DNA of 64,000 bases, taken from the sequence record LC680884.1; one strand, given 5' to 3'. Below are positions 1 to 9,858 of this stretch, in pieces; within the stretch, counting starts at the first letter, position 1, and each line of letters starts with the position of its first letter. The position numbers were made by a program, and so were the translations under genes. The notes beneath the pieces were generated by a model. That model was not told where the DNA came from. It did no database searches and saw nothing but the letters and a program-made list of their open reading frames with translations.

Positions 1-55
1 CAGGATTTTCTTTAATAGTGTTATGAACGAATTCTAAGAAATATTGTTTTTCCAT
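1..55 (-). CDS. hypothetical protein, 5' part only (runs off window)
   Basis: ATG at 55 (MEKQYFLEFVHNTIKENP...) preceded by a GGGGA RBS; frame open to window edge. Confidence 0.5.
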   Translation of the reverse strand, partial: MEKQYFLEFVHNTIKENP

Positions 56-100
56 TTTTAATTATCCCCCTAATTATGTAATAAGAGATCTTGATATCAA

Positions 101-337
101 TTAGATATCAAGATCATCTTTACAATCTTCTAAAATGTCAAATAATAATTGAACATCATCATAATTCAATGTAATTCCTTTACCCATCTTGCTTCGGTCT
201 TCATTCCAATCCCGAATATCTAATTTAGGTTTTCCATTATTCCATTTAACAATATTAACCTGCTTTGTCCAACCATTTTTACCTTCTGAAAGTACTCCTA
301 ATTCTTTTACTATCTCAAATGTTACTTCTTTTCCCAT
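101..337 (-). CDS. PC4/YdbC-family ssDNA-binding / transcriptional coactivator-like protein
   Basis: FEIVKELGVLSE..GWTKQVNIVKWNNGKPKLDIRDW...KMGKGITL is the YdbC/PC4 signature. Confidence 0.85.
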   Translation of the reverse strand: MGKEVTFEIVKELGVLSEGKNGWTKQVNIVKWNNGKPKLDIRDWNEDRSKMGKGITLNYDDVQLLFDILEDCKDDLDI

Positions 338-339
338 AG

Positions 340-504
340 TTAATTCCCCTCTAATTTCTTAATTTTTAATTTTAACTCTTTAATAGTGTTATCTCGTCTT
401 TCAATTATTTCTTCATAATGAAATAATCTCTGTACAGCATATAAAGGATTCTTCTTTACCCACCTAAATGTTTTAATCCATTCTCTTAGATTATCTTTTT
501 CCAT
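340..504 (-). CDS. small hypothetical protein (54 aa, coiled-coil C-terminus), not in ORF track
   Basis: Manual translation MEKDNLREWIKTFRWVKKNPLYAVQRLFHYEEIIERRDNTIKELKLKIKKLEGN; fills the gap between neighbours with short overlaps. Confidence 0.55.
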   Translation of the reverse strand: MEKDNLREWIKTFRWVKKNPLYAVQRLFHYEEIIERRDNTIKELKLKIKKLEGN

Positions 505-1018
505 ATTGAGACTCTAACTTTCTTTCATCAAATTTATATAATGTCACATCATAATCATCAAAAACATCATTAATTATTTTTCTAACTTTTATCCAATCTC
601 CTCCACCTCTTCCACAACCAATTTTATATGGAAGTGCTATAGATAAATTATGAGGTTTTGCAAATTCCTTTAGCGTTATTAAGCATTCTTTTAAATAAGA
701 ATATCGTGTATATCTCCCCTTATTACCATATCCAAATTGTGAAAATAGATTTACAAAATATTTTGTACTATTATAAGTAAATAAATCATCTTCTTCACTA
801 AAAGGAGACTTACGAGATACAAGAATAATTTGACATTCACCAAGTAGATTTTCCGGCTTTGTTGACTTACAAATTTCTTTATATTTTTTAAGAATAAGAG
901 GATGTTTTTTAGCAATCTGTAACGCAATACCAGATCTCATAACTCCCTGACAATTTACTTGGTGCGCAATTATATTTTTCTCAGCTTCAAGCAAGTTACC
1001 TTCTTTCTCAATTATCAT
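491..1018 (-). CDS. macrodomain protein (Appr-1''-p processing / ADP-ribosylhydrolase family)
   Basis: GNLLEA..IIAHQVNCQGVM.SGIA.QI, NLFSQ, SIALPYKIGCGRGGGDW motifs. Confidence 0.88.
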   Translation of the reverse strand: MIIEKEGNLLEAEKNIIAHQVNCQGVMRSGIALQIAKKHPLILKKYKEICKSTKPENLLGECQIILVSRKSPFSEEDDLFTYNSTKYFVNLFSQFGYGNKGRYTRYSYLKECLITLKEFAKPHNLSIALPYKIGCGRGGGDWIKVRKIINDVFDDYDVTLYKFDERKLESQYGKR

Positions 1019-1100
1019 TTTTCTTCCTCCTATTTTAAAGAATATAAGTGTAATGATTTCTAATAAATATTAATGTGAACCCTTCCTAGTTCATGTAATA

Positions 1101-1508
1101 TTATAAAATTTCATTGATATTTCTATAGTGAATAGATGGAACAAATTTATCTTCTGATGGAAAGATATACTTTTTATTAGAATTCTTCATTACAGGTTCT
1201 AGTTCATAAAACATTGAAAGTCGTGAAATATTAGGAGTAACTTTAAAATGTGAAATATCTTTAAATTCTGGATGATTAATTACAATATTAGCAAATGATA
1301 AAGCATCTTCACTACTTGAGAAGACCATTACCTCTCCTTTTTCTAGATGATCTAAATATACTTTAACCATCTCATCAACTTCCATAATATCTTTTTCTTC
1401 TAATTCATATGTATCTAAAATTTTCTTTTTAACATATTCTAACTGAATTTCTTCTACGGTTACTTCTTCATTTTCTGTTTTTCTTTTAAATTCTACTACA
1501 TTCCCCAT
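1101..1508 (-). CDS. hypothetical protein
   Basis: 135-aa ORF with RBS, co-oriented; no motif recognised. Confidence 0.7.
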   Translation of the reverse strand: MGNVVEFKRKTENEEVTVEEIQLEYVKKKILDTYELEEKDIMEVDEMVKVYLDHLEKGEVMVFSSSEDALSFANIVINHPEFKDISHFKVTPNISRLSMFYELEPVMKNSNKKYIFPSEDKFVPSIHYRNINEIL

Positions 1509-1591
1509 AAAATATCTCTTCCTCTCAAAATTATGTCTTTTTTATTACAGGAAATAAACATATTAATAATGTCCTCCTGTAATTTTAATAG

Positions 1592-1630
1592 CGTATAATA
1601 GATGTGAAACTGGCACACATCTATTATACG
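1592..1630. other. 15-bp perfect hairpin without a clear U-tract
   Basis: CGTATAATAGATGTG (1592-1606) / CACATCTATTATACG (1616-1630), 9-nt loop. Confidence 0.7.
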
Positions 1631-1644
1631 TCTCTTATTATGAT

Positions 1645-1830
1645 TTATATTTGTTCATTATAAATTTCTCTAGTTATATCTTGAACTAATTTTGTGTCAT
1701 ATTGACCATCTAACTTAATTAAAACAGCTTCTAGAATCTTCTTAAAATTACGAATACCAAAAGTAAAATGGGTAAAGATAGTATTATCAGCAACCCATCT
1801 AATTTCTTTTTCTATTTCATTCACTCCCAT
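1645..1830 (-). CDS. hypothetical protein
   Basis: 61-aa ORF whose start overlaps the RNAP gene stop. Confidence 0.6.
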   Translation of the reverse strand: MGVNEIEKEIRWVADNTIFTHFTFGIRNFKKILEAVLIKLDGQYDTKLVQDITREIYNEQI

Positions 1831-3827
1831 TATTTTTCATCCTCTACTTTTCCATTTAGTTTATTTTCCCATTCTTCTTCTACATCATCAATAGAAAGAC
1901 CGAGACATGTAAATAAAGATTTAAGAATCTTACTTGTACCTGACTCTACATCTGAAAGATCAATATTGGTATCAAATGGATTTCCAGTTAATAATTGCAT
2001 AATAAGTTCTCTTCTATTAGTCTCATTATTAGAGTATGAATTTAGCATATCCATAATAGAACCCATTTCATTAGTAAGACTTAAGTTAGAAATCTCCATA
2101 TTACCAATACGTACAGGTGTTTTTGAATATAAGTCTTTATGCTCTTTAAAGTTCTTAGATTTAGCTGGTAGACCTCTTAGGTTCATAAATGATGTACTAC
2201 GAGCGCTAAATTTAGAATGCGGCTCATGTTTTAATCTAACCATATAAATTTCTCCAATAATTAAAGGAGTACTAATTCCCTCACATTTAAAGTAATCAAT
2301 ATGATCATAATGATCGTATAATTCCCAAAGTTCATCTAAACCAATATTACCAAAGAATGGCTTTTGACAGATAGGAATTCCATTTTCAATAATATCATTT
2401 AGAAACTCTTCTAATTCTGTTTTATTTAGACTATTAATGAATTCTTCCATTAATTCAGTTTCTTCTTTATTCACTCTATTTAAGAAATCAAGTAAGATGC
2501 TAACTTTTTCTTCATTACTTCCTGCTTCTTCCATATCTTTTCTAATGAATTTAGCAATCCAGTTTAATTCTTGTTCGATCAACTGACTTGGATTAAGGCG
2601 GTTAAATACACCAAGAGGATTAAGACAAATGTCTGCCTTGAGTCCTTTAAAACGTCCTTCAGCCACAGTAGGCATTTGATCATCAGGGAGTATTTTACTA
2701 ATTACACCTTTATTACCATATCTACCTGTAATCTTACTTCCTTTATTTAATGGTTCTTCTTCTAAAATTGTGAATTCCATAATAAAACCACTAAACTTAC
2801 TATTCTGATAAGTGTAAGAAATATTTTCATCAATTCTCATTTTACAATTATTATAGAAATGCAATAGCTTGTCTGAAACATTACTATCTTTACCTTCTAC
2901 AATATTTTTAAGTTTTTGATAAACATTATTAGAAAATTCTTTTTGCTTATTAATATAGTATAGAACTTGTTCATTATACTTCTGTACCTTTAATTCTTCT
3001 TCAGGTACATTAGAGAAAATCTCAATATCTACAATCTTACCATCAGCAAAGAATGGAGTATCTGAATCTCTCATTTCATTTAGATTCTTTAATTCATATA
3101 ATGCAGTGTTATAATCAAATCTTCTACGGCTAGCAATAATCTGATTTTTAATATGTTCTCCAATATCTGGGAATCCTTTATAGTTCTCATTATCACCATA
3201 TAGGTTAAGCAAGATATCATTTGTATTGACAGATACTTTTACTTTGTTAACACTATATGTTCCTAGCTTTTTAGCGGCACTTTCAGAGATTACAATAGCA
3301 TCCTCTAATGTTTCATTCTTATAACTAAAATATGCAGCATTTAAATTAACACCATAACCAAAATTCATATTTTCATCATAACAGGTATTCTTATATAATA
3401 CAGTATCTTTTTCAATTGTATCATCTTTCTTTAATGAATCAATTTTATCATTATCCCATTGAAAACCATAATGTTCAGTTAGAAACTCACATTCAGCTCT
3501 TTCAAATAATGTATATTCCCCAGTTTCCTGATCTTGTACAATAAGTACATAATTATAATCATTCTTATAAATTTTTTCAATAACCTTATAATTACTATTA
3601 GCCTTTCTATAACCTGCAGTTGAATACTTTCCAACTTGATTCTCAAAGTTAGTATAGACTAATGGCGGTTCAGCCTTTTGTAGAGTTACTGCCTGTGCTA
3701 AGTGAGAGCAGAACATTGTAGATCTATTACCGTCTGTTTTATTTGCATTAGGCATTAACAATTCCTCTGCTAAAAATCTATGTGAACCTTCATAATCTTC
3801 ATTCTTAATTACACTGATGTCATCCAT
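1830..3827 (-). CDS. phage multisubunit RNA polymerase beta subunit, C-terminal half (non-virion RNAP, AR9 gp089-like)
   Basis: Beta motifs R..MFCSH..QAV, EDAIVISES, GSKITGRYGNKGVISKI, DICLNPLGVFNRLNPSQ, GEIYMVRLKH, RIGNME; length and N-terminus match my recollection of AR9 gp089. Confidence 0.95.
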   Translation of the reverse strand: MDDISVIKNEDYEGSHRFLAEELLMPNANKTDGNRSTMFCSHLAQAVTLQKAEPPLVYTNFENQVGKYSTAGYRKANSNYKVIEKIYKNDYNYVLIVQDQETGEYTLFERAECEFLTEHYGFQWDNDKIDSLKKDDTIEKDTVLYKNTCYDENMNFGYGVNLNAAYFSYKNETLEDAIVISESAAKKLGTYSVNKVKVSVNTNDILLNLYGDNENYKGFPDIGEHIKNQIIASRRRFDYNTALYELKNLNEMRDSDTPFFADGKIVDIEIFSNVPEEELKVQKYNEQVLYYINKQKEFSNNVYQKLKNIVEGKDSNVSDKLLHFYNNCKMRIDENISYTYQNSKFSGFIMEFTILEEEPLNKGSKITGRYGNKGVISKILPDDQMPTVAEGRFKGLKADICLNPLGVFNRLNPSQLIEQELNWIAKFIRKDMEEAGSNEEKVSILLDFLNRVNKEETELMEEFINSLNKTELEEFLNDIIENGIPICQKPFFGNIGLDELWELYDHYDHIDYFKCEGISTPLIIGEIYMVRLKHEPHSKFSARSTSFMNLRGLPAKSKNFKEHKDLYSKTPVRIGNMEISNLSLTNEMGSIMDMLNSYSNNETNRRELIMQLLTGNPFDTNIDLSDVESGTSKILKSLFTCLGLSIDDVEEEWENKLNGKVEDEK

Positions 3828-3856
3828 TTATATTCCTCCTAGTTGTATGTATCTTT

Positions 3857-4309
3857 TTAATAATCTTCTGAACGATCTACTATATTAGCGTCACCTATCC
3901 ATTGATAATTATCTGTAGAAAGTGGATACGCATATCCTCCTATAATAAGTACTTTATAATATTTAACAAAAATAAATTCATTTCTCAAATTGTTTATTGC
4001 AATAACTTCACTAGATCCTTTTCCAAATTCTCTAATATAGTTAACTGTATTCTCATCATATTTGAATATATCTTTAAATATAGAAAAGTCAGTATCAGGT
4101 CTTAAAGAAATTGCAATTTCAGAAATATAATAACGATCTTCGAAACCCAATTCTTCAAAAGGTATATCTTTTAAAATTTCATTATCTGATTCATACAAAT
4201 CATTGACTAATTTTATTTTACTATACTTCTTATTGTTATTATTTCTATCAAATCTTGTATATTCATATAACATTCCAACTCTTGGTACTTCGAATCCCTC
4301 TATTTCCAT
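3857..4309 (-). CDS. hypothetical protein
   Basis: 150-aa ORF, GAGGAG RBS. Confidence 0.7.
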   Translation of the reverse strand: MEIEGFEVPRVGMLYEYTRFDRNNNNKKYSKIKLVNDLYESDNEILKDIPFEELGFEDRYYISEIAISLRPDTDFSIFKDIFKYDENTVNYIREFGKGSSEVIAINNLRNEFIFVKYYKVLIIGGYAYPLSTDNYQWIGDANIVDRSEDY

Positions 4310-4475
4310 ATTAACACTCCTCTTTTATATACTTCTCTAAAATATCTTTAAATATTAAATCATTCTTTTGTTTTTCATTCTTTTTATTTTTTAAAAATTT
4401 ATTCCTTAATTTATTATTATAAATAGGTATAATTGGACTGACTGGTTGTATTAACATGATAAATAACTCCTATGT

Positions 4476-4868
4476 CTATATTTTTTCCACCAATAATTCT
4501 ATATAATTTGGACGTAACATATGGCTACCATCAAAAGATATCATAGTACTAAGATCTTTGAAATAAGAAATACTCTTAATTTTACTATCATTTGTTTTAA
4601 TAACATCTCTTAATCGATTATCCCTATAAACTATTTTCTTTTCTGGATCATAGATATCTACTGTAAACCTCAATGCATCAATAAAACCATATAATTTTCC
4701 ATCTTCACCATATGTATCTTCCTTTGGATACATATGAATAACTGGATTGTTAATAGTTAAATGATATGGAATATCATTTTCTTCTGTATAACAAGAAAAT
4801 AGATTATTCATATAATCTACACTTTCTGGTTGAATTGCTACATTCACTATACTTTTTACAACTTTCAT
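4476..4868 (-). CDS. hypothetical protein
   Basis: 130-aa ORF, AGGAGG RBS, early-type motif upstream. Confidence 0.75.
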   Translation of the reverse strand: MKVVKSIVNVAIQPESVDYMNNLFSCYTEENDIPYHLTINNPVIHMYPKEDTYGEDGKLYGFIDALRFTVDIYDPEKKIVYRDNRLRDVIKTNDSKIKSISYFKDLSTMISFDGSHMLRPNYIELLVEKI

Positions 4869-5010
4869 TTAAATTTTCCTCCTTTTATTATAACATATTT
4901 TTTAACAAAAAGCAAATTTTTATTTGTCTGATATAGACTTTTCATTCCCTTTAGATAATGGGAATTCTTTTTTATAATATATATCTAAAAAATAAATTGG
5001 AAAAAAGATA

Positions 5011-5041
5011 ATGAGAATAGTGTAATTTACACTATTCTCAT
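5011..5041 (-). terminator. intrinsic terminator after recA-like gene
   Basis: 14-bp stem ATGAGAATAGTGTA/TACACTATTCTCAT followed by a T-tract on the minus strand. Confidence 0.75.
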
Positions 5042-5048
5042 CTTAAGA

Positions 5049-6314
5049 TTATTTTCCGTAATTTTCAATTAATTCAACTTCCTCAGTTTCTTCATCAAAT
5101 TTATAATATTGACCGTCACTAGCTCTCCAAATGTTACCTTCAATGTTTTCTTCCAATGTAAGATTATCATTATCTTCTGAGAGATCAATACCGGATAGGA
5201 ATTCTTCCATAATCTCTTCAACTAAACGATCAAATTCAGCTTTAAATTCTGGAACAGTTTCATACTTTTCTTTAACTGTTTTTTGAGAGAATTTTACATC
5301 TGGAAGGGTATTAAGATAGAAACCTCTACTTGCTCCACCAATAGCACCACTAGATTTAAGTAGAAGATAGTTAGTAAGAACATTATCAAAACCTTTTTCT
5401 TGGTCAAATACCATCTCAAATTTATTACCAGCACTATTAGAACGTGATTTGATTAACTCACCATTTACTTTAAATCCTTTAATTCCAAACTCTTTATCTG
5501 GCTCTAGTTTACTTGAAGAAACAAGCTTCAAAAGAGTATTAGCAAGATAAATACAAGAAGTTCCTCCAGGAATAGATTCATCTTGTTTAAAGTAGTTAAC
5601 TTGAGCCTGAGTTTTAACCATTGGGTTAATTTCAATTTTTTGAGTAATATGGTTAATAATAATCAGGATAATATTTGCTTGTTCAAGATCACCCATAATA
5701 CGTTTAATAATAGCATTATTTGTCTTAGCAATAGATGTTGCTGACATAGAACCTGATAGTTTTTCTTCCTCAGAGATACTTTTAGGCATTTGAGTAGCCC
5801 AAGAATCAAGTAAGATAACTGTTGGAGGAAGAACTCTTACATCATTTCCATGTAAATCAACTTCATTTGTATCTAAAGCCAATTCTTCAAATTTTTCAAG
5901 CTTAATTTTAGCTAGTGATTTAACCAATTGATATAAACTTTCACTGTAGATTCCACGATTCAATAGAATCCATTTTTCTTTAACTTTTTCATCTGACCAA
6001 CCAGTAATAGTTTGAATACGTGATAAAGTTGACGCACGTTCAAAATCCAAATGATAAACTTGTCCTTCTTTATATGGTTCAACAATACTACTGGCAAACT
6101 CAATAGCAAGAGTTGATTTACCTGTACCTGATTTACCTACAACTGTAAGAACCTTTCCGCCATCAATACCAATCTTCTTAGTACCACTTTCTCTACGACC
6201 GTTACGATAATCAAAAAGATCAATTCCAGTTCTATATGCAGGAGTATAAGTATTTTCTTCTCCAATTTTTTCTTTACTAATAATTTTACGCATTTCTTCG
6301 GTTAAGATTGACAT
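5049..6314 (-). CDS. recA: RecA/UvsX-like recombinase
   Basis: Walker A GKSGTGKST, YHLDFE, Walker B ILLDSW, ILIIINHI, PGGTSCIY, IKSR; acidic C-tail. Confidence 0.85.
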   Translation of the reverse strand: MSILTEEMRKIISKEKIGEENTYTPAYRTGIDLFDYRNGRRESGTKKIGIDGGKVLTVVGKSGTGKSTLAIEFASSIVEPYKEGQVYHLDFERASTLSRIQTITGWSDEKVKEKWILLNRGIYSESLYQLVKSLAKIKLEKFEELALDTNEVDLHGNDVRVLPPTVILLDSWATQMPKSISEEEKLSGSMSATSIAKTNNAIIKRIMGDLEQANIILIIINHITQKIEINPMVKTQAQVNYFKQDESIPGGTSCIYLANTLLKLVSSSKLEPDKEFGIKGFKVNGELIKSRSNSAGNKFEMVFDQEKGFDNVLTNYLLLKSSGAIGGASRGFYLNTLPDVKFSQKTVKEKYETVPEFKAEFDRLVEEIMEEFLSGIDLSEDNDNLTLEENIEGNIWRASDGQYYKFDEETEEVELIENYGK

Positions 6315-6422
6315 TATGAATTTCCCCTCTCATGTATAACAAGATTTTCAATTACTTGTTAGGAATTCTCTAAATTTTTTCTATTAAAAAGAGAATACAT
6401 AAGAGAAGGGAAATCTATTTTA

Positions 6423-6734
6423 TTATATTTCCCTTATTCTACCAAATTTTAATTTTCTCTTTTCACCACTCCATTTTTTAATATTTTTGATTTTTCCACA
6501 CTTTTCACAATAATAAACGCTATAATCTGTTGGATAGAAACCTGCTTCTACCCATCTATCTCTTGTAATTACATCATGTTTACATCTTAATCTTTTAAAT
6601 ACATTTTTTCTATTATATTTTTTATTTGAATATAGTAACAAACCAAGTTCACTTGTGTAACCTGTATAGTTATTTGCCATTTTACTTATCCCCTTTATTT
6701 TTGATTTTTCCATGATACATAGGAAAAGGTACAT
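6423..6734 (-). CDS. small protein with probable Zn ribbon (C.H ... CxxC); true start probably internal (MANN)
   Basis: RCKHD...YYCEKCGK; upstream Met overlaps the next gene. Confidence 0.55.
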   Translation of the reverse strand: MYLFLCIMEKSKIKGISKMANNYTGYTSELGLLLYSNKKYNRKNVFKRLRCKHDVITRDRWVEAGFYPTDYSVYYCEKCGKIKNIKKWSGEKRKLKFGRIREI

Positions 6735-7140
6735 TTTCTAATGGGTATAATTCAAGTTCCCCAATAATTGAAATTCTCTTAGAATCAATCTTTTTATCAT
6801 AAGTTACAGCTTTAATTGGGTGGGGTTTACCATTAATGTCTAAACCTACATCATACTCATAATCTGGTTCTAAATTATCTTTAATTCCATTAATAATTAC
6901 TTTTAATAATACTAAATCATTCCTCCAAAATTCATCATCATTTTCGATTATAAAATTATAGTCTGATGTAAGATAAATTAGATTCTGTTCATTTATTGTT
7001 ACTTTTTTAGATGTTGGATCAAGTCCATCTTTCATTATTTTTTCTAAATTGTTTTTATCAGTAATATGATAGAGATATTCATTATTATCTGAATCTTTTA
7101 AAGTTTCTATTTCATCATTCATTTCCCATAAATTTTCCAT
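6682..7140 (-). CDS. ADP-ribosyltransferase-fold protein (Tpt1/DUF952-like)
   Basis: YLYHITxxxNLEKIMKDGL and IYLTSD motifs typical of ART-fold proteins. Confidence 0.6.
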   Translation of the reverse strand: MENLWEMNDEIETLKDSDNNEYLYHITDKNNLEKIMKDGLDPTSKKVTINEQNLIYLTSDYNFIIENDDEFWRNDLVLLKVIINGIKDNLEPDYEYDVGLDINGKPHPIKAVTYDKKIDSKRISIIGELELYPLENVPFPMYHGKIKNKGDK

Positions 7141-7164
7141 TATGTTACTCCTTTAAAGTTATTT

Positions 7165-7201
7165 AAAGAATGAAATAGCTAATAATGCTATTTCATTCTT
7201 T
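7165..7201. terminator. intrinsic terminator
   Basis: 15-bp stem AAAGAATGAAATAGC/GCTATTTCATTCTTT. Confidence 0.7.
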
Positions 7202-7208
7202 ATTTATA

Positions 7209-7547
7209 TTATAAAATTTCACTTGTTTGTGGAACTTCTTCAGGAATTAATTTTTCAACCATAATCATATTATTAACTACATCTTTAACATTTATTCTAA
7301 TTGATAAAATTTTGTAATTATCACCATTAAAGATAACCCCAAAAGGAGAAGTATTTACATACGTATCAGATACAAAAAAGCACACTAGCTCCTGACCATT
7401 ATCTTTAATTTCGGAAATTATCGCATTCCTATTATTAACACCTAATTTAGAGAAAATTTCAGGTGAAATAATTTTAATAGCATCACCTTTTTGTATATAA
7501 TTAGTATCAAATGCTTTTATTTCAGTAAGAATATTACCCATTATCAT
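7209..7547 (-). CDS. hypothetical protein
   Basis: 112-aa ORF with RBS. Confidence 0.7.
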   Translation of the reverse strand: MIMGNILTEIKAFDTNYIQKGDAIKIISPEIFSKLGVNNRNAIISEIKDNGQELVCFFVSDTYVNTSPFGVIFNGDNYKILSIRINVKDVVNNMIMVEKLIPEEVPQTSEIL

Positions 7548-7555
7548 AACTCCTT

Positions 7556-9202
7556 CTATTTGATTTTAATATCTCTAAACTGAGCACACTGTCTAAACAG
7601 TTCTAATGAGATTTCTTCATTTTTTCCTTTGGCAAATCTTGATGTAAGTTTTAATAGTTCTTTAATATCACGTCCTGATGCTTCTGGGAATTTAAGAACT
7701 AACTGATCAATTAATTCATCGCTAAGGTTTACTTCTAATTGAGTAGATAATACTTTCCATATTTTTTTAGCATCTTCTTCAGAAGGTGTTTCATATCTAA
7801 TAACAGCAATACATCTTGATTTAATAGCATCATCTACATCAAATTCCCTATTAGTTGTCATAAATAAAATACCATCAAAGTATTCTAGTGTTCTTAAGAA
7901 GCTTGCAACAACAGCATTTTGTTGCAAATCATTTCCTCTTTCTCTAATAAAAACATCAGCTTCATCTAATAATACAATTGCTCCCCAACGTGAAGCTCTC
8001 TTTAATATTACTTCTAGATTTTCTTGAACATCTTTTGAGCTCAATCCTAATTGTCCTGAATGAACTTTATAAAGTGGTTTTTCAATTGCTTCAGAATAAA
8101 TTTCTGCTGAAAGAGTCTTACCAAGTCCCGGTTTACCTGTAGCTAATATAGTAGTTCCACCAGATTTACCTTCAATTATATCTTCTTTAAGAATATCAAG
8201 ATCACTTACTAGAATGTCAATTAAATCCTTATGTCGTTGAGGGAGTATTAGCTTATCTCTTAGACCAGTGTCATATTCATATGGTTTCATATTAGTAGCA
8301 TGTACCCATGTATATTTATGTGTATCTAAGTTAAAACCAAAAATATAGCAATGTTGTGGAATTCTATCAAATTTTTCTTCCACTCCTGCTTCGTTTCTCC
8401 AATAATAAGGATCATGTTCTTCATTAAAAACTCGTTTAATTATTCCTTCATCATTGATAAATCTATTTTTAGTTGCTATATCTATATAACCATTAGAATT
8501 AAAATAATAGTCTGATGAATAACTTCCTCCTGATGTTTCATAGCTTTTTCCTGAAATTAAAAATTGCTTTGTTTTTTGAGGTTGATATTTATTAAACAGT
8601 TCTAATTGCTCTAGATAGATATTCTTTAATTCCTCAGTTTCATGGAATAGATTTTCTTTTGCCAATATTTGAGGAATTGTTTTCCCTCTGATATCACTAC
8701 TGTCAAAATAGATACTACGTGTATAACGTTTATCACGGCTACTTTGACGAGGTGAATTAGCAACTAATCTCATAGAGACTGTCGCTGGTTCATCCTTCTT
8801 AGGAGGATAGTAACGAATATCTGTAATTAAATATGGATCAACTGTAATTGGATTATTTTTTCTATCTAAAGAATAAATCCATCCATCAATTAAATTATCA
8901 CTAAAGTATGAAGGTAGTGCAATTGCAAGTGCTCTTAAATTAGCTATCTTAGCTCCTTCAAAGTCAGAGATTAAATTCTTGATCGCTGAAACTTGCATCA
9001 TAATAGACCTATTGCCTTTATTCTGAGCAATATCATATATTTTTTCTAAGTCATCCCATTCTAGTGAATTTGGATTTAATTCTAACATTGATGCGCCATA
9101 TCTAAGTTTAGATCTACCCTGAATATTGATTTCTGAATCAGTTTTAAACTCTGGCTGAATGTTATTAATAAAAAATTCTTTATCAATTTCAATATATGAC
9201 AT
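7556..9202 (-). CDS. AAA+ ATPase with uncharacterised N-terminal domain
   Basis: Walker A GKPGLGKT, Walker B VLLDEAD, sensor MTTNR, Arg finger SR, SGRDIK. Confidence 0.9.
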   Translation of the reverse strand: MSYIEIDKEFFINNIQPEFKTDSEINIQGRSKLRYGASMLELNPNSLEWDDLEKIYDIAQNKGNRSIMMQVSAIKNLISDFEGAKIANLRALAIALPSYFSDNLIDGWIYSLDRKNNPITVDPYLITDIRYYPPKKDEPATVSMRLVANSPRQSSRDKRYTRSIYFDSSDIRGKTIPQILAKENLFHETEELKNIYLEQLELFNKYQPQKTKQFLISGKSYETSGGSYSSDYYFNSNGYIDIATKNRFINDEGIIKRVFNEEHDPYYWRNEAGVEEKFDRIPQHCYIFGFNLDTHKYTWVHATNMKPYEYDTGLRDKLILPQRHKDLIDILVSDLDILKEDIIEGKSGGTTILATGKPGLGKTLSAEIYSEAIEKPLYKVHSGQLGLSSKDVQENLEVILKRASRWGAIVLLDEADVFIRERGNDLQQNAVVASFLRTLEYFDGILFMTTNREFDVDDAIKSRCIAVIRYETPSEEDAKKIWKVLSTQLEVNLSDELIDQLVLKFPEASGRDIKELLKLTSRFAKGKNEEISLELFRQCAQFRDIKIK

Positions 9203-9434
9203 TTAATGTCCTCCTTAATAAAATATACAAATTAATAATATATTCTTATATTTCATTTAAGGTAATGACAATTAAATGCAATTGAAAAATTATACTGTAC
9301 AGTATAATTTTATTCTTATATTAAAATAATAACTCAAAAGTAATAAAATTAAAACATAAAAGAAGCATTATAACTCATGCCATGATAATTCAAAGAAGAA
9401 CAGTGAGTTATTAGACTATTCTTCTTTAATTATC

Positions 9435-9845
9435 TTAGGATTCCCTTTTTTCTTCTGTAGTGTTCTCTTTCTTTTCTTCTTCGCTAGGCTTTTCATCATC
9501 TAAATTAATTTTACTAAGATCATCTACGTTTATATTTCTCAATGCCGCAACATAAACAATGCCAAGCTTAGTAATGTATTTGATGAGGTTCATTCCCATT
9601 AATCCTCCGATTGCGGAAATAGCAGATATTGTATAGATATTATCCGTGAGGTTAAATGCTAGAACTCCAGTGATCGCACCACAAACACCGTTTAGAAGAA
9701 CCTCACTCAGAAATAAGAGAAACGTTTCTTTAGGGTTTTTGGCACGATCATTAAGTTCCTTGGCGAATGCGGAAAAGAAGCTAATCACTACCACCCATAA
9801 AATTCTGACAATTGTGTCATCAGTATGGTTAGGCATGGTTATCAA
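9435..9845 (-). CDS. putative holin (LydA / superfamily III-like, 3 TM segments)
   Basis: Three hydrophobic segments, GxxG-rich helices, charged C-tail; possible dual start MITM. Confidence 0.7.
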   Translation of the reverse strand: MITMPNHTDDTIVRILWVVVISFFSAFAKELNDRAKNPKETFLLFLSEVLLNGVCGAITGVLAFNLTDNIYTISAISAIGGLMGMNLIKYITKLGIVYVAALRNINVDDLSKINLDDEKPSEEEKKENTTEEKRES

Positions 9846-9858
9846 TGCTCCTTTTCTT

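Noticed and set aside
1768-2247. Plus-strand ORFs antisense to real genes (also 3902, 9646, 11306, 11735, 16928, 18277, 18359, 21433, 24911, 29894, 38490, 40165, 41014, 47573, 51001, 52826, 54477; 22096 on minus)
   Set aside because: Shadow ORFs with S/F/I/L-rich composition, no RBS, and overlapping motif-bearing genes.
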